From: an uncultured virus (IMG/VR IMGVR_UViG_3300029258_002844)
Lineage: Duplodnaviria > Heunggongvirae > Uroviricota > Caudoviricetes
Reading direction: 5' to 3' (one strand)
DNA: 64,000 nucleotides
Virus record (IMG/VR): IMGVR_UViG_3300029258_002844
Under the pieces are notes generated by a model. That model was not told the origin of the DNA. It ran no database searches and saw only the letters and a list, made by a program, of their open reading frames with translations. The translations under genes and the position numbers were made by a program. Shown piece after piece: positions 1 through 10,303 of this stretch (positions are counted from its first letter, which is position 1; each line of letters starts with the position of its first letter).

Positions 1-138
1 AATAAAGAATATGATCAAAAACGTCAAGAACAAATTGAAAATGAAGGATGGTTATTTATACGTTATGTAGATTTCATTCCATCAATGAAATTATTGAAGA
101 ATGATTTAGATAAGTTATTTGATGCGGCATGCATGTAA
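1..138 (+). CDS. C-terminal fragment of a DUF559/Vsr-like endonuclease (truncated by window edge)
   Basis: Frame 1 reads ...KEYDQKRQEQIENEGWLFIRYVD...*, similar to the tail of 54300-55118. Confidence 0.5.
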   Translation, partial: NKEYDQKRQEQIENEGWLFIRYVDFIPSMKLLKNDLDKLFDAACM

Positions 139-252
139 TGGCAACAGGAACAATTAAACATCCTTGTATATCACAAATCAGAACTCAAATTTCATCAGAG
201 ATGAAAAAACGAAAAGCAAAAGGTGAATGGTCGCTTTAAGAAAGGAGAAACT

Positions 253-780
253 ATGTATAAGATTGCCATTACTGGAGCTCCTGGTAGTGGTAAAAGTCGA
301 ACTAGAAAGTTTTTCGAAAAACTTGGTGCTTTAACAATTGATGCTGATGATATTGCCAGAGATCTTTTAAAACCAGGAACACCAGCATTTCTCCAAGTTC
401 TTAAAGAATTTGGCCGTGAAATTCTTACAACTGATAATGAAATTAACAGAAGAAAGTTAAGAAATAAAATTATTCAAAACAATGATGATAGAATAAAAAT
501 TGAAAAAATTCTACAACCAATCATTAGTTTTGAAATAAAACAAAAACTTAACGATTTTTCATGGAATTCTATTATTGCTGTTGAAATGGCAATAATGTTA
601 GATGAGTGTGTTGACTATTTTGATTCCATCATACTTGTGATTGCAGATGAGGCTACAAAGATCAGACGTGTTATGAAGAGAGATAGTTGTACTGCTGAGG
701 AAGCAGAGGCTTTAATAGCTCTACATCCTCCAGATGAAGAACGGAAAAAATTGGCTGATGTTATTATTGACAACTCGTAA
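253..780 (+). CDS. coaE: Dephospho-CoA kinase
   Basis: IAITGAPGSGKS P-loop, IDADDIAR, INRRKL, ADVIIDNS; AAGGAG upstream of ATG 253. Confidence 0.85.
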   Translation: MYKIAITGAPGSGKSRTRKFFEKLGALTIDADDIARDLLKPGTPAFLQVLKEFGREILTTDNEINRRKLRNKIIQNNDDRIKIEKILQPIISFEIKQKLNDFSWNSIIAVEMAIMLDECVDYFDSIILVIADEATKIRRVMKRDSCTAEEAEALIALHPPDEERKKLADVIIDNS

Positions 781-796
781 GAAGAAAGGAAGACTA

Positions 797-1030
797 ATGA
801 GATTGGTGAATCGGCGAAAAAGTAGTGAAAGATTGACTGTCAATGAATGTGTAGAAATGTTGGCTCGTATGACTCAAGACTTGGAGGTCTTTGATAAGGA
901 AAAAGATGGTCATCTTAAACGACTTGAGAGAGAAAAAGTTGAATTGGAAAAGCAGGCAGAAGCCGCTAAAACCGAAAAGAACAGGGGTGTAAAAATAGTT
1001 CAGAATATCAAAAATCTCCTAGCGGTGTAG
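797..1030 (+). CDS. Hypothetical coiled-coil protein
   Basis: ORF with purine-rich RBS, abuts rtcB. Confidence 0.6.
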   Translation: MRLVNRRKSSERLTVNECVEMLARMTQDLEVFDKEKDGHLKRLEREKVELEKQAEAAKTEKNRGVKIVQNIKNLLAV

Positions 1031-1033
1031 ACT

Positions 1034-2389
1034 ATGTTAGAATTTGAGGGAAAATACACATCGGCAAAAGTGATGATTGATGATATCGAGCCACAATGTG
1101 GAGAGCAAATTGCTGAATTTATTAATCATCCGGCATTTACAAAACCAGTATCTATTATGCCTGATTGTCATAAAGGTATGGGTTGTGTTATTGGTTTTAC
1201 AATGCTATTGGATTGTGATAATGTTATAAAAATCATCCCCAATACAATCGGTGTTGATATTGGTTGCGGAATGTTAAGTGTGAATGTTGGTAAAAACATT
1301 TTCTCAAAGTTGACAAAACAAGAGATAGATGATGCCATAAGAGTACAGATACCCTTTGGGTTTAACACACATAAAAAACCAGCAATCAATATGGAACGTC
1401 AGTTTCCTTGGGAAGAAACAAATTATGAAGTGAAACCATTTGCGGGTGGATTAGGTTGGCTTGATATTGAAAATCCGCCCACTTACACTTATGAGTTTTT
1501 CGAGAAAAAGTGTAAACAAATTGAAGCAGACTTTTATCGAGCACAAAAAAGTCTTGGAACTCTTGGTGGTGGGAATCATTTCATTGAAATTGGTCGTTCA
1601 GAGAACACCGGAGATTACTGGGTTACTGTACATTCTGGTTCTAGAAATTTTGGGTTGTGTGTCTGTAATTACTGGCAAAAGTTAGCAATTAAAAAACTCC
1701 ATGAAAAAAGAACAGTTAAAATACACAAAAGAATTGAAAAAATAAAAGAAAGAACGAAAGACAAAACACAACTAGATTCAAAGATTCAAAATGCTAAAAA
1801 AGAACTGGGTATAGATGAATTTATTCCAAATCATCTTGCTTACTTAGAAGGTAAGGATGCACATCTTTATCTCTATGATATGATTTTTGCTCAGAAATTT
1901 GCTGAGGAAAATCGTGCAATAATGATGACAACCATTCTTGACATTCTTGGCGCAAAACCACAAGACGTAGTGGAGTCAGTACATAATTATGTTGACCCAC
2001 AAGATTATACCATTAGAAAAGGCGCAATAAGAAGTGTAAAGGGTGAACGGATGATTATCCCATTTAACATGCGTGATGGTCTCCTTATATGTGAAGGAAA
2101 GAATAACCCAGAATGGAACAACTCAGCACCACACGGAGCTGGACGAGTAATGTCCAGATCAAAAGCAAAACAGAAAATAGATGTTGAAACATTTAAACAT
2201 CAAATGGATGGTGTATTCTCAACAAGTGTCGGAAGAGGAACATTAGACGAAGCACCAGATGCTTATAAAGACGCTTCAGTGATTGAGAATGCAATTGTTG
2301 ATACAGCCATCATTTTAGATCGAATAAAACCTGTTATGAACCTGAAAGATATAGGTAAGGAACAAAGAAGGAGAAAAGGGAACAAATAA
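1034..2389 (+). CDS. rtcB: RtcB RNA ligase
   Basis: MPDCHKG, GVDIGCG, LGTLGGGNHFIE, VHSGSR, HNY, HGAGR, DEAPDAYK motifs. Confidence 0.95.
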   Translation: MLEFEGKYTSAKVMIDDIEPQCGEQIAEFINHPAFTKPVSIMPDCHKGMGCVIGFTMLLDCDNVIKIIPNTIGVDIGCGMLSVNVGKNIFSKLTKQEIDDAIRVQIPFGFNTHKKPAINMERQFPWEETNYEVKPFAGGLGWLDIENPPTYTYEFFEKKCKQIEADFYRAQKSLGTLGGGNHFIEIGRSENTGDYWVTVHSGSRNFGLCVCNYWQKLAIKKLHEKRTVKIHKRIEKIKERTKDKTQLDSKIQNAKKELGIDEFIPNHLAYLEGKDAHLYLYDMIFAQKFAEENRAIMMTTILDILGAKPQDVVESVHNYVDPQDYTIRKGAIRSVKGERMIIPFNMRDGLLICEGKNNPEWNNSAPHGAGRVMSRSKAKQKIDVETFKHQMDGVFSTSVGRGTLDEAPDAYKDASVIENAIVDTAIILDRIKPVMNLKDIGKEQRRRKGNK

Positions 2390-2400
2390 ATAAGACTTAA

Positions 2401-2487
2401 CGCGGGGTCGAGTAGTGGTTTAGCTCGCCAGTCTCATAAGCTGGAGTCCTAAAGGACACGGAGGTTCGAATCCTTCCCCCGCTACCA
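2401..2487 (+). tRNA. tRNA-Met(CAU), fMet-like C1.U72 mismatch, atypical long variable arm
   Basis: CCAGT-CTCATAA-GCTGG anticodon arm, GTCC-TAAA-GGAC V arm, GGTTCGAATCC, ACCA. Confidence 0.85.
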
Positions 2488-2563
2488 ATTTTTGCTGGTC
2501 CTCGCTTGACCGTCCCGATGATAAGAGCAAAGGTCGTTAATATTGCCGCCAGCATTTTAATTT

Positions 2564-2637
2564 GGCTAGGGTATGTTGGGATACAGCTAGATCTCATAAG
2601 TCTGGTTACGTGGGTTCGATTCCCATACTAGCCACCA
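2564..2637 (+). tRNA. tRNA-Met/Ile2(CAU), short D arm
   Basis: TAGAT-CTCATAA-GTCTG, GGTTCGATTCC, ACCA. Confidence 0.75.
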
Positions 2638-2640
2638 AAT

Positions 2641-2716
2641 GACCTCGTCGTCCAATGGTTTAGGATATGAGCCTTTCACGTTCATGATGCCGGTTCGAAT
2701 CCGGTCGAGGTCACCA
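2641..2716 (+). tRNA. tRNA-Glu(UUC)
   Basis: Cloverleaf, CTTTCAC loop, ACCA. Confidence 0.9.
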
Positions 2717-2739
2717 ATTGCACCTTCGAGGTCAGCTAT

Positions 2740-3018
2740 ATGAAAATAACTGAGGAACGAGTTGTTAAAATTACTGCAGTAGATTGGTCATACACGGATG
2801 ATGCTGAAGGTTACTCGCTTCATGTTGAAGATCAATTTCTCCCAATAAGAGGTGAAGCTTATGGAAGAGTGATCGAAGAATCTGACGATCATATAGCAAT
2901 TGCTATGGAAATCTTCGAAGGCGAAGACGTGAGAAAAGTTGAATCATTTCCAAAATCGGCCATTATTGAAATTGTTGAATTTACAAGGAAGCCAGTAAAG
3001 AAAGCAAAGAAAAAATGA
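2740..3018 (+). CDS. Hypothetical protein
   Basis: ORF with GAGG RBS, overlaps next gene by ATGA. Confidence 0.6.
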   Translation: MKITEERVVKITAVDWSYTDDAEGYSLHVEDQFLPIRGEAYGRVIEESDDHIAIAMEIFEGEDVRKVESFPKSAIIEIVEFTRKPVKKAKKK

Positions 3019-3392
3019 GAATGTGGATGGTTGATCCAAAGATTATGTGTAGAAAACATCTGCTTGGTGAACATGTCGAACATCATATGTTTATTGGTAC
3101 TCTTAGAAAAAGAAAAAAAGTGGATGGTTATATTCGAAACAATTGTTTACAACCAAGAGCATTATTTGAAAGACATAATGTTTTAGTTTGTGAAATGCAA
3201 AGAAGAGGTTATAACCATAAAACCCCAATTGCTGAAGAGGATTGTGAAATTTGTTATCTTCCTCAAGAGCAACAATATTGGGAGATAAATTGTACGCAAT
3301 CCATGAAGGACTTACTCGAAAGATGTCCTGAATGTAGAACGCGGAAGGAGCAGTTAGATGGCAGTCAGAGAGATATTCACCAAGAAGGTTAA
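3015..3392 (+). CDS. Pyrimidine-dimer DNA glycosylase / endonuclease V-like protein
   Basis: MRMWMVDP...HLLGEH.E.H and RH..LV.EM..RGYNH pattern. Confidence 0.75.
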   Translation: MRMWMVDPKIMCRKHLLGEHVEHHMFIGTLRKRKKVDGYIRNNCLQPRALFERHNVLVCEMQRRGYNHKTPIAEEDCEICYLPQEQQYWEINCTQSMKDLLERCPECRTRKEQLDGSQRDIHQEG

Positions 3393-3717
3393 CACCTACT
3401 TAGCTATTATCGGTGGATTGATTGTTATCGTGACAGCAATGTTTCAACTTGACTCAAGATGGTGTCAAGAACAAGCTATTGCTTCACAAGCGAAAGAAAT
3501 TGAAGAACAAGCTATGCTTATTGCAGGTGTTAACAAAAGATTAGAAGTAAAAATACTTGAGGATCAATCTGTAAATCTCCAAAACAGAATGTGGAAAATG
3601 GAGGATCGATATGGAAAAGAGCCTCAAATGCAACCTGAGCAGAAAGAAGAATATCGAAACATCATAATCGATAAGAAAAAAGTTGATGACAAAATCAAAC
3701 AACTAAGGCAACAGTAA
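3358..3717 (+). CDS. Membrane-anchored coiled-coil protein
   Basis: N-terminal hydrophobic helix. Confidence 0.55.
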   Translation: MAVREIFTKKVNTYLAIIGGLIVIVTAMFQLDSRWCQEQAIASQAKEIEEQAMLIAGVNKRLEVKILEDQSVNLQNRMWKMEDRYGKEPQMQPEQKEEYRNIIIDKKKVDDKIKQLRQQ

Positions 3718-3736
3718 TCGAAAGGGGTAAAAGGTT

Positions 3737-4411
3737 ATGAGAGAAGATCTTACGGACATTACGTTAGTTTTGGACAGGTCTGGTTCCATGAGTAGAATCA
3801 AGGATGACACAATCGGCGGATTTAATGAGTTTCTAGAGGATCAACAAAAAGTTGAAGGAGAAGCAACTTTCTCTTTGGTTCAATTTGATGACGAATATGA
3901 GCCAGTTCATAATGCACTTCCAATCAAAGATGTTCCAAAGTTGAGCGCCAAAACATTTGTCCCAAGAGGGATGACAAGGTTACTTGATGCCATCGGACGT
4001 ACAATTGTTATGACTGGACAACGACTTGATCAATTGGTTGAAAATGACAAACCTGGTCGAGTTATCTTCGTTATTTTTACAGATGGTCAAGAGAATGACA
4101 GTCGTGAATATGGCGGTCCTGAAGGTAAGGCAAAAGTCATGAACATGATCAAACACCAAACTGACAAATATAAATGGGAATTTGTATTTCTCGGAGCCAA
4201 ACAAGATGCTATTGGTGTTGGTGGTAGTATTGGAATTAAAGCTTCTAACGCAATGAGATTTGGTCATACAGGTGGCGGAATCAAGAAAGCCTTTGCTTCA
4301 GCTTCAAAAAACCTGACTGGATATCGAGGTATGTCTGTTGATAAAGCAGCTTATGCATTTGCTGCTGTAGATAGAGATGAGCAAAAGGAAGAGATCGAAG
4401 CAGAAAATTAA
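3737..4411 (+). CDS. von Willebrand factor A domain protein
   Basis: MIDAS DRSGSM, GMTRLLDA, IFTDGQEN, FVFLGA. Confidence 0.9.
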   Translation: MREDLTDITLVLDRSGSMSRIKDDTIGGFNEFLEDQQKVEGEATFSLVQFDDEYEPVHNALPIKDVPKLSAKTFVPRGMTRLLDAIGRTIVMTGQRLDQLVENDKPGRVIFVIFTDGQENDSREYGGPEGKAKVMNMIKHQTDKYKWEFVFLGAKQDAIGVGGSIGIKASNAMRFGHTGGGIKKAFASASKNLTGYRGMSVDKAAYAFAAVDRDEQKEEIEAEN

Positions 4412-4421
4412 CCTTAGAAAT

Positions 4422-4510
4422 GGGTGTATAGACCGTTAAGGAAGGCGGCCTGGTCTGTAAAACCAGTGGCTTTAAGTCCCGAGTGGGTTCGATTCCCTCT
4501 ACACCCACCA
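4422..4510 (+). tRNA. tRNA-Tyr(GUA)
   Basis: CTGGT-CTGTAAA-ACCAG, long V arm, ACCA. Confidence 0.9.
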
Positions 4511-4527
4511 TTTTGAGAGGAGAAAAA

Positions 4528-5106
4528 ATGGATAGTAGTGTTGCAGTAGAAATTGATTATGAAGGCTTAAGAGAATTTTTATCAGTAGGCGACTGTGTTA
4601 ATTGTGAATTTGTTGAAAAATATGACAATGATGAACGATGTGATGGCTGTCCTATCATAAGGGCTAGTAGACGAAATCCTGGAGAAGCAACTCGTGTTGG
4701 AGTCTCTTCTAAAATTGGCAGGTTATTCAATGTTCCAAAACCAGAAAATCATGGTAAACATAATATTTTCTTCTATACCTATTATCAACAATTTGGATGT
4801 CAATTTCCCCAAACACCCAATGTTGATGTGTTAGGACAAGTTAATATTTCTGACATTCTGATAAGAAAAGTTCTAACCAAAATGGCAAAAGAAAAGAACT
4901 TAAAGACTCTCCAATGGATCATACACCATATCAATGGAAATCCAATGGATGACAGAAAAGAAAATCTTGCCTTAATGTTAAACACAGAACATAGTCTTTT
5001 ACATAAAGGTAATCTTAATGAGAGACAAAAGGCAGAACTTATTCAATGTGTTATAGAAAGAAATAAATCTATGTTTGGCGTCGCAGTTTGGGGAAATGAG
5101 GAGTAG
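4528..5106 (+). CDS. HNH endonuclease
   Basis: IHHINGNPMDDRKENL...EHSLLH. Confidence 0.75.
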   Translation: MDSSVAVEIDYEGLREFLSVGDCVNCEFVEKYDNDERCDGCPIIRASRRNPGEATRVGVSSKIGRLFNVPKPENHGKHNIFFYTYYQQFGCQFPQTPNVDVLGQVNISDILIRKVLTKMAKEKNLKTLQWIIHHINGNPMDDRKENLALMLNTEHSLLHKGNLNERQKAELIQCVIERNKSMFGVAVWGNEE

Positions 5107-5328
5107 TGGTTGTTATGTTTGATCAAGATCAACTAGCAAAAACGCTACAAGCTCTTATTATGACCTGTGGTGTTGACTCAAAAAAATGGATGGAGAAACT
5201 AGAGGAAGGTGGCGGAATTTCATTAGGTTATAAGTTCATATTAGAGAATGGACTCGGCTATAGAGTCAACATCAATTTTGAAGTAGCTGATGTTGAGGTA
5301 AAATTAGTCGACCGAGAGGAAGGCGAAA

Positions 5329-5628
5329 TTGGTACAATTCATTAGTAATACATCAAAATCAAAATTTCTGGATAAAGCTAAAGCATTTTTCAATAGTCCA
5401 ATATTCCAAAACGTTATTGCGAAAACAATTGTCATTGCTATCATATGGGCAATTGCTTTAATTCCGGTATGGATTGCAACTGGATTATGGGCGTTGTTAG
5501 AACCAGTAACATTTTGGCAGATGCTTGCATTTGTGGTAGTAGCATGTATCACAATGGGATGGATACAAGTCATTGCTTTCATCTTCGCATTTATATTAAC
5601 TGTTGGTATCATTAGTGAAAATTTGTAA
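5329..5628 (+). CDS. Membrane protein
   Basis: Two to three hydrophobic helices. Confidence 0.55.
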   Translation: MVQFISNTSKSKFLDKAKAFFNSPIFQNVIAKTIVIAIIWAIALIPVWIATGLWALLEPVTFWQMLAFVVVACITMGWIQVIAFIFAFILTVGIISENL

Positions 5629-5639
5629 AGGAATTATGA

Positions 5640-6200
5640 ATGTTAGATTTAGCGAAATATTTTCGAAAACGAGGCGTGATATTAGAGGGTCATTTTAAAC
5701 TTACTTCAGGAAGACACTCTAATAAATATGTTAATAAAGATGCCGCATTTTCTGACTCGTTATTATTTGGTGAGATATATCATCAACTAATTAATGCGTC
5801 GTTTGATTTTACATGTGATGTTATGACAGGTCCTGCAATCGCGGGAGCAGTATTAGCAGCACCTATTGCCTTATTTACACGAAAAACATTTGTCTATCCC
5901 GAAAAAATAAATGGTGAAATGGTCTTTAGGCGAGGTTATGATAAGGTCATTGAAGGTCAAAAAGTATTGATCATCGAAGATATCATAACCACTGGCAGTT
6001 CTGTGATAAAAACTATCAAAGCTATTGAAGAGTGTGGTGGTTTTCCGGCAGGAGTTGTTGCTATATGGAATCGGTCAGGTTGGACTTCAGAGGTATGTCC
6101 TACAATGTCTTTAATTGAAGAATCAGTTGAATCATGGACACCAGAAGAATGTCCATTATGTTACCATGATGTTCCACTACAGGATCCGAAAGCATTATGA
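5640..6200 (+). CDS. pyrE: Orotate phosphoribosyltransferase
   Basis: GHFKLTSGRHS.KY and IIEDIITTGSS PRPP-binding motif. Confidence 0.9.
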   Translation: MLDLAKYFRKRGVILEGHFKLTSGRHSNKYVNKDAAFSDSLLFGEIYHQLINASFDFTCDVMTGPAIAGAVLAAPIALFTRKTFVYPEKINGEMVFRRGYDKVIEGQKVLIIEDIITTGSSVIKTIKAIEECGGFPAGVVAIWNRSGWTSEVCPTMSLIEESVESWTPEECPLCYHDVPLQDPKAL

Positions 6201-6691
6201 AAATAATCTTTCTAGACATTGATGGAGTTCTTAATAACTATAACTCATATGTAAAAGAAACTCGAATTGTATGGGAAAAAGAATGTGTCGATAGATTAAA
6301 CAAGATCACAGACAAGACAGGAGCCAAAATTGTAATCTCTAGTACTTGGAGATTTCAAGAACACCATGTGCATGCTTATGAAAACGATATGGGCATAAAG
6401 GGTGAAATTATTGATAAAACACCCAGAAGCACAAATATTTTATCATGTAGAGGTGACGAGATCTGGCTCTGGTTGCAAGAACATCCTGAGGTTGAAAAAT
6501 TTGTGATTCTTGACGATAGTTCTGATATGAGAGACATGTTTAAATATCTAATACAAACAAATCCTGAATTTGGTCTGACAGACTCAGATGTGGAAAGAGT
6601 GATTGAGAGGTTTAATGATACTCAGGAAAGTGATTTCTGGAGGACAGACCGGCGCGGACCAAGCGGGTTTAGCTGCTGCAGAAAGATTTAA
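6197..6691 (+). CDS. HAD phosphatase (Swiss-Army-Knife RNA-repair-like)
   Basis: FLDIDGVLN, IVISSTWR, RGDEI, FVILDD, GLT motifs. Confidence 0.85.
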   Translation: MKIIFLDIDGVLNNYNSYVKETRIVWEKECVDRLNKITDKTGAKIVISSTWRFQEHHVHAYENDMGIKGEIIDKTPRSTNILSCRGDEIWLWLQEHPEVEKFVILDDSSDMRDMFKYLIQTNPEFGLTDSDVERVIERFNDTQESDFWRTDRRGPSGFSCCRKI

Positions 6692-7097
6692 AATTGAAAC
6701 CGGTGGTCATGCTCCAAAAGGCTGGATAACTAAAGATGGACCGAATCCAACTCTTCTAAGAGAAAGATATGGATTAGTTGAATCAGAGGGAGATTATAAA
6801 GTCAGAACATGGGAGAATGTTAAAAACTCTGATGCAACTATTCGTTTGTGTTATTCATTCACAACGCCAGGTGAAAAGTGTACCTATAACGGGATATTGA
6901 AGTATAATAAACTGTTTAAGGATATTTATTTGAATAGTCCAGATCCAGCAGATCATGTGGTTGAATGGATTATTTCAAATGGTATTGAAATACTCAACGT
7001 TGCTGGCAATACAAATGGGACATTAAATAAAGATATCTTCAAACCTGTCTATGACTATTTATGTATAGTCTTTAAGAGGTTAAAAGATGCAACTTAA
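6615..7097 (+). CDS. SLOG-family ('molybdenum carrier'-like) protein
   Basis: ISGGQTGADQAGL, RT..NV..SDAT, ILNVAG. Confidence 0.8.
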   Translation: MILRKVISGGQTGADQAGLAAAERFKIETGGHAPKGWITKDGPNPTLLRERYGLVESEGDYKVRTWENVKNSDATIRLCYSFTTPGEKCTYNGILKYNKLFKDIYLNSPDPADHVVEWIISNGIEILNVAGNTNGTLNKDIFKPVYDYLCIVFKRLKDAT

Positions 7098-7226
7098 AGA
7101 AAAAATTGACTTATTCATTGGTGGAGTTATGGCAGCAGGAATACTCTTGTTCTATGTTGTTATGGCTATACCATGGGTCTTTTATGAACTATTAAATTGG
7201 AGAGAGAAGAGATTGAAAGGAGAATA

Positions 7227-8066
7227 GTGAAAATCTTATATGCGACAGATGTTCATGGACAGAAATGGAAGTATGAACGAATTTTAGATTCTATACAAGA
7301 CCATGATGTCCTAATCATTGGCGCAGATATTCTACCCAAAAGGACAGGACATGATTATTTCCACCAAACACAATTCATTACCTCGTTTTTACCAAGGTTT
7401 TTTGACGAGTTAGAAATTCCGTTAATCATAGATTTTGGTAATGATGACTTGATGAATTTGTATAGTCATTTCAAAAAGATTGTTGATGAAAGAGACAATG
7501 TTTTTTATAGCCACTTATCTGAGGTTGTAATTGACGATGTGTCTTTTATTGGTATGCACTTTGTTCCTGATTATCCTTTTACTAGAAAAGATTGGTGTCG
7601 CAGAGATGGAGAACGAGTAGCGGATGTTGAACAATTTGGTCCACCTTGGTGGGAAAGTTCAGCAGAAGGTGACATTCCTATAGATGATCTGGATTTATGG
7701 TTAAGGTCTAAACCATCAATAGGGGAATATATATCAGATCTTCCAAAACCAAGTTGTGATAAAGTTGTATATTTGATGCATGCGCCACCAAGAATGGCTG
7801 GTCTAGATGTTTGTGCTGATGGTCGACAAGTGGGATCTGTAGATATTACAGATTTTATTATCAAACATAAACCCATGATATCATTACATGGTCATATACA
7901 CGAAAATTTCATTAAAACTGGAGTATTTATGACTTCTTTGGCTGATGGTTCATTATCTATCCAGCCAGGACAGATCGGAGGCGGCGGATGGGAAAAAATG
8001 GTATATTGTTCTTTTGAGTTGGAGAATGTTCGAGGAACAATTGTTCGAACAGAATTGAGAGGTTAA
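7227..8066 (+). CDS. Calcineurin-like metallophosphoesterase
   Basis: TDVHG, GADI, GNDD, HAPP, HGHIHE. Confidence 0.85.
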   Translation: MKILYATDVHGQKWKYERILDSIQDHDVLIIGADILPKRTGHDYFHQTQFITSFLPRFFDELEIPLIIDFGNDDLMNLYSHFKKIVDERDNVFYSHLSEVVIDDVSFIGMHFVPDYPFTRKDWCRRDGERVADVEQFGPPWWESSAEGDIPIDDLDLWLRSKPSIGEYISDLPKPSCDKVVYLMHAPPRMAGLDVCADGRQVGSVDITDFIIKHKPMISLHGHIHENFIKTGVFMTSLADGSLSIQPGQIGGGGWEKMVYCSFELENVRGTIVRTELRG

Positions 8067-8320
8067 AGTGAACTGTTTAGTTGTACAAGTATCAAAGGTT
8101 GAGGATCATGGTTTCAATGAAGAGTTTTCACATCTAATTAACTATGTAGAAGACGACTCAGATGTCTTTATTGTTGATGCAAATGATCATAGTCAATTTT
8201 GGCCGGCAAGTGAGTTTTTCTTCATGACAGCCGTTGAACAATTTACAATAACAAAAGGAAGCGTTAACTGGTAGCGGGGTACGGTTAGAACGTGGTCCAT
8301 TCTACGGAGTGGATCATTTT

Positions 8321-8394
8321 GTGGCTGTAGCTCAACGGTAGAGCGCGTGGTTGTGGCCCACGTGACGAGAATTCGACTTTCTCCAGCCACCCCA
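8321..8394 (+). tRNA. tRNA-His(GUG)
   Basis: CGTGG-TTGTGGC-CCACG, C73-CCA. Confidence 0.85.
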
Positions 8395-8421
8395 TTGATT
8401 TTAGTCGAAAATTTTATATGT

Positions 8422-8505
8422 CGGGATGTGGGCTAGTCTGGTTTAGGCCGCCTGCTTTGGGAGCAGGATACTTTTTCGCAGGTTCGAATCCTGCCATCCC
8501 GACCA
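8422..8505 (+). tRNA. tRNA-Pro(UGG)
   Basis: CCTGC-TTTGGGA-GCAGG, ACCA. Confidence 0.9.
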
Positions 8506-8530
8506 ACTTATTAATATCACAGGAGAATTA

Positions 8531-8884
8531 ATGATTACGAAAAAAGGGAAAGATTTGAAAGTCGGTGATATTGTTGTAGGTCATGGTTTAGTAATGAATA
8601 TTGAATTAGACCCTAAACCAGGTGGAGTTTTTGATGGAAAACCTAACATTGGCTTCTTTGATATAAATGATTCTTATTACGGACCAGGACATACATGGTT
8701 AGATGTTGACACTGACTTTGAAGTTTATGATGATCGAAAAAACATTGTAAGATGTCTAAGAATAATTGATTGTGATTTAGCAAAATACATTGCTGACATG
8801 ATGGAAACAAGACGTAAATTTCACAAGATAGAATGGAATGTTATCCACAAACTTAATCTCAAAAAGAGGAAAAAGAAAGTTTAG
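8531..8884 (+). CDS. Hypothetical protein
   Basis: AGGAG RBS and ORF. Confidence 0.65.
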   Translation: MITKKGKDLKVGDIVVGHGLVMNIELDPKPGGVFDGKPNIGFFDINDSYYGPGHTWLDVDTDFEVYDDRKNIVRCLRIIDCDLAKYIADMMETRRKFHKIEWNVIHKLNLKKRKKKV

Positions 8885-9107
8885 GAGGTTCCATGGTTCA
8901 AATTTTTGAAATAGAAACTAATTTTAAAAACACGAACATATTAATGACTTTATCCTATGTGTGTTAATAAGAAAGATAATCACACAAACGGAAATGGATG
9001 TACAACGAAACCTGAGAAGAAGTATCAAAAATCAAAACAATCGAAACGTCTGTATAAGAGAAAGGAGCAAAAGGATAAAGAATAAACTCCCATAAGGAGG
9101 GCACTGG

Positions 9108-9506
9108 ATGAAATCAATCTTTTTGTCTTTGGCGCTAGTTCTTTTACTAGCAAGTCCACTAATGGGTTGGGAAGTAAAAAATCTTGAATTAGTATTTGGT
9201 TATACTAGCGAAACAATTCCTATTGAATGGGATGCGGCAACGAACTGTACTTCGTATGATGTAAGGCTAAAACATGTCGAGAGAGGCACTTATGAGCCGA
9301 TGCAAAATACTACGAGTACACAGGTTGTGTTACAGCTTCCACGAACAGGACATTATGAAATCGAAGTTAGAGGAGTAAATAACTCCACAAGTGAAGTTGG
9401 TGTATGGTCAAGTATTATAGATCCCAACACATTTACGGATCCTCAGTTAAACCCGTGGTGGATCTATGGTTCAGTTGAACCGGTCGGACCCATTATCATT
9501 AACTAA
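9108..9506 (+). CDS. Fibronectin type III-like protein with signal peptide
   Basis: Signal peptide; W....YDV...Y.IEVRGVN pattern. Confidence 0.65.
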   Translation: MKSIFLSLALVLLLASPLMGWEVKNLELVFGYTSETIPIEWDAATNCTSYDVRLKHVERGTYEPMQNTTSTQVVLQLPRTGHYEIEVRGVNNSTSEVGVWSSIIDPNTFTDPQLNPWWIYGSVEPVGPIIIN

Positions 9507-9518
9507 TAGGAGTTAGCT

Positions 9519-9905
9519 ATGAAAAAAGTAACTTCATTGCTCATTATTTTCTTTTTCGCTTTTGCTATTGTAACGATCCCTGCAGTGGCAACAAATGTTG
9601 ATATTACATTAGCATGGGATCATAATGCAGAAGATGATTTGGCTGGTTATCGAATATTTGTTAAAAGTGATGGAACATTTGATTACGACAATCCAGATTG
9701 GGAAGGGTTGAAAGGAACCAATACATGTACCATTACTTCGTTAGATGATTCTAAAACATGGGACTTTGTTGCTAGAGCATTTGATACATCTGGGAATGAA
9801 AGCGGTAATTCAAATGTAGTAACTTGGACAAAGCCAGACACTGAACCTGGTGTTATTAGAAATATCAGGAGGTTAATGTCATGGCTAACACAACTAATAG
9901 CGTAA
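9519..9905 (+). CDS. Fibronectin type III protein with signal peptide
   Basis: LAWDHNAEDDLAGYRIF...FVARAFDTSGNES. Confidence 0.8.
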   Translation: MKKVTSLLIIFFFAFAIVTIPAVATNVDITLAWDHNAEDDLAGYRIFVKSDGTFDYDNPDWEGLKGTNTCTITSLDDSKTWDFVARAFDTSGNESGNSNVVTWTKPDTEPGVIRNIRRLMSWLTQLIA

Positions 9906-10300
9906 AAGAGAATAAGTGGAACAGTACTTTTTTGTGGAGTACAATTCTTGTTGTAGCAATTGTTATTGGTATTGGAGTTTTTACTACAAGGATGAGTGAT
10001 CCTATTAAAGTATCTTTTCCAGAGTCGAGATCTCCGGACGCAGTAAGTTATAAGTTATACATCGAAGAAGTTGGAAAGGAAGTTACTCACGACTCATATT
10101 CTATAGATGTAGGCAAACAAACTGACTTTTATTTTAACAATTTACCCCTCAATTTAAAAGAGGGTAGATACCATCTCGGTATCGCGGTTGTTGGTTTGAA
10201 TGGTTTTGAATCTTCAATCAGTAAGTCGGATAAAACCCTAACTGTAATGAATAAAGATGGTCTTTATTTCGTTTACAAACTTGATCAAATTGGAGGTTAA
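9881..10300 (+). CDS. Membrane-anchored FN3-like protein
   Basis: TM helix then SPDAVSYKLY...YHLGIAVVGLNGFESS. Confidence 0.7.
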   Translation: MANTTNSVKENKWNSTFLWSTILVVAIVIGIGVFTTRMSDPIKVSFPESRSPDAVSYKLYIEEVGKEVTHDSYSIDVGKQTDFYFNNLPLNLKEGRYHLGIAVVGLNGFESSISKSDKTLTVMNKDGLYFVYKLDQIGG

Positions 10301-10303
10301 AAA

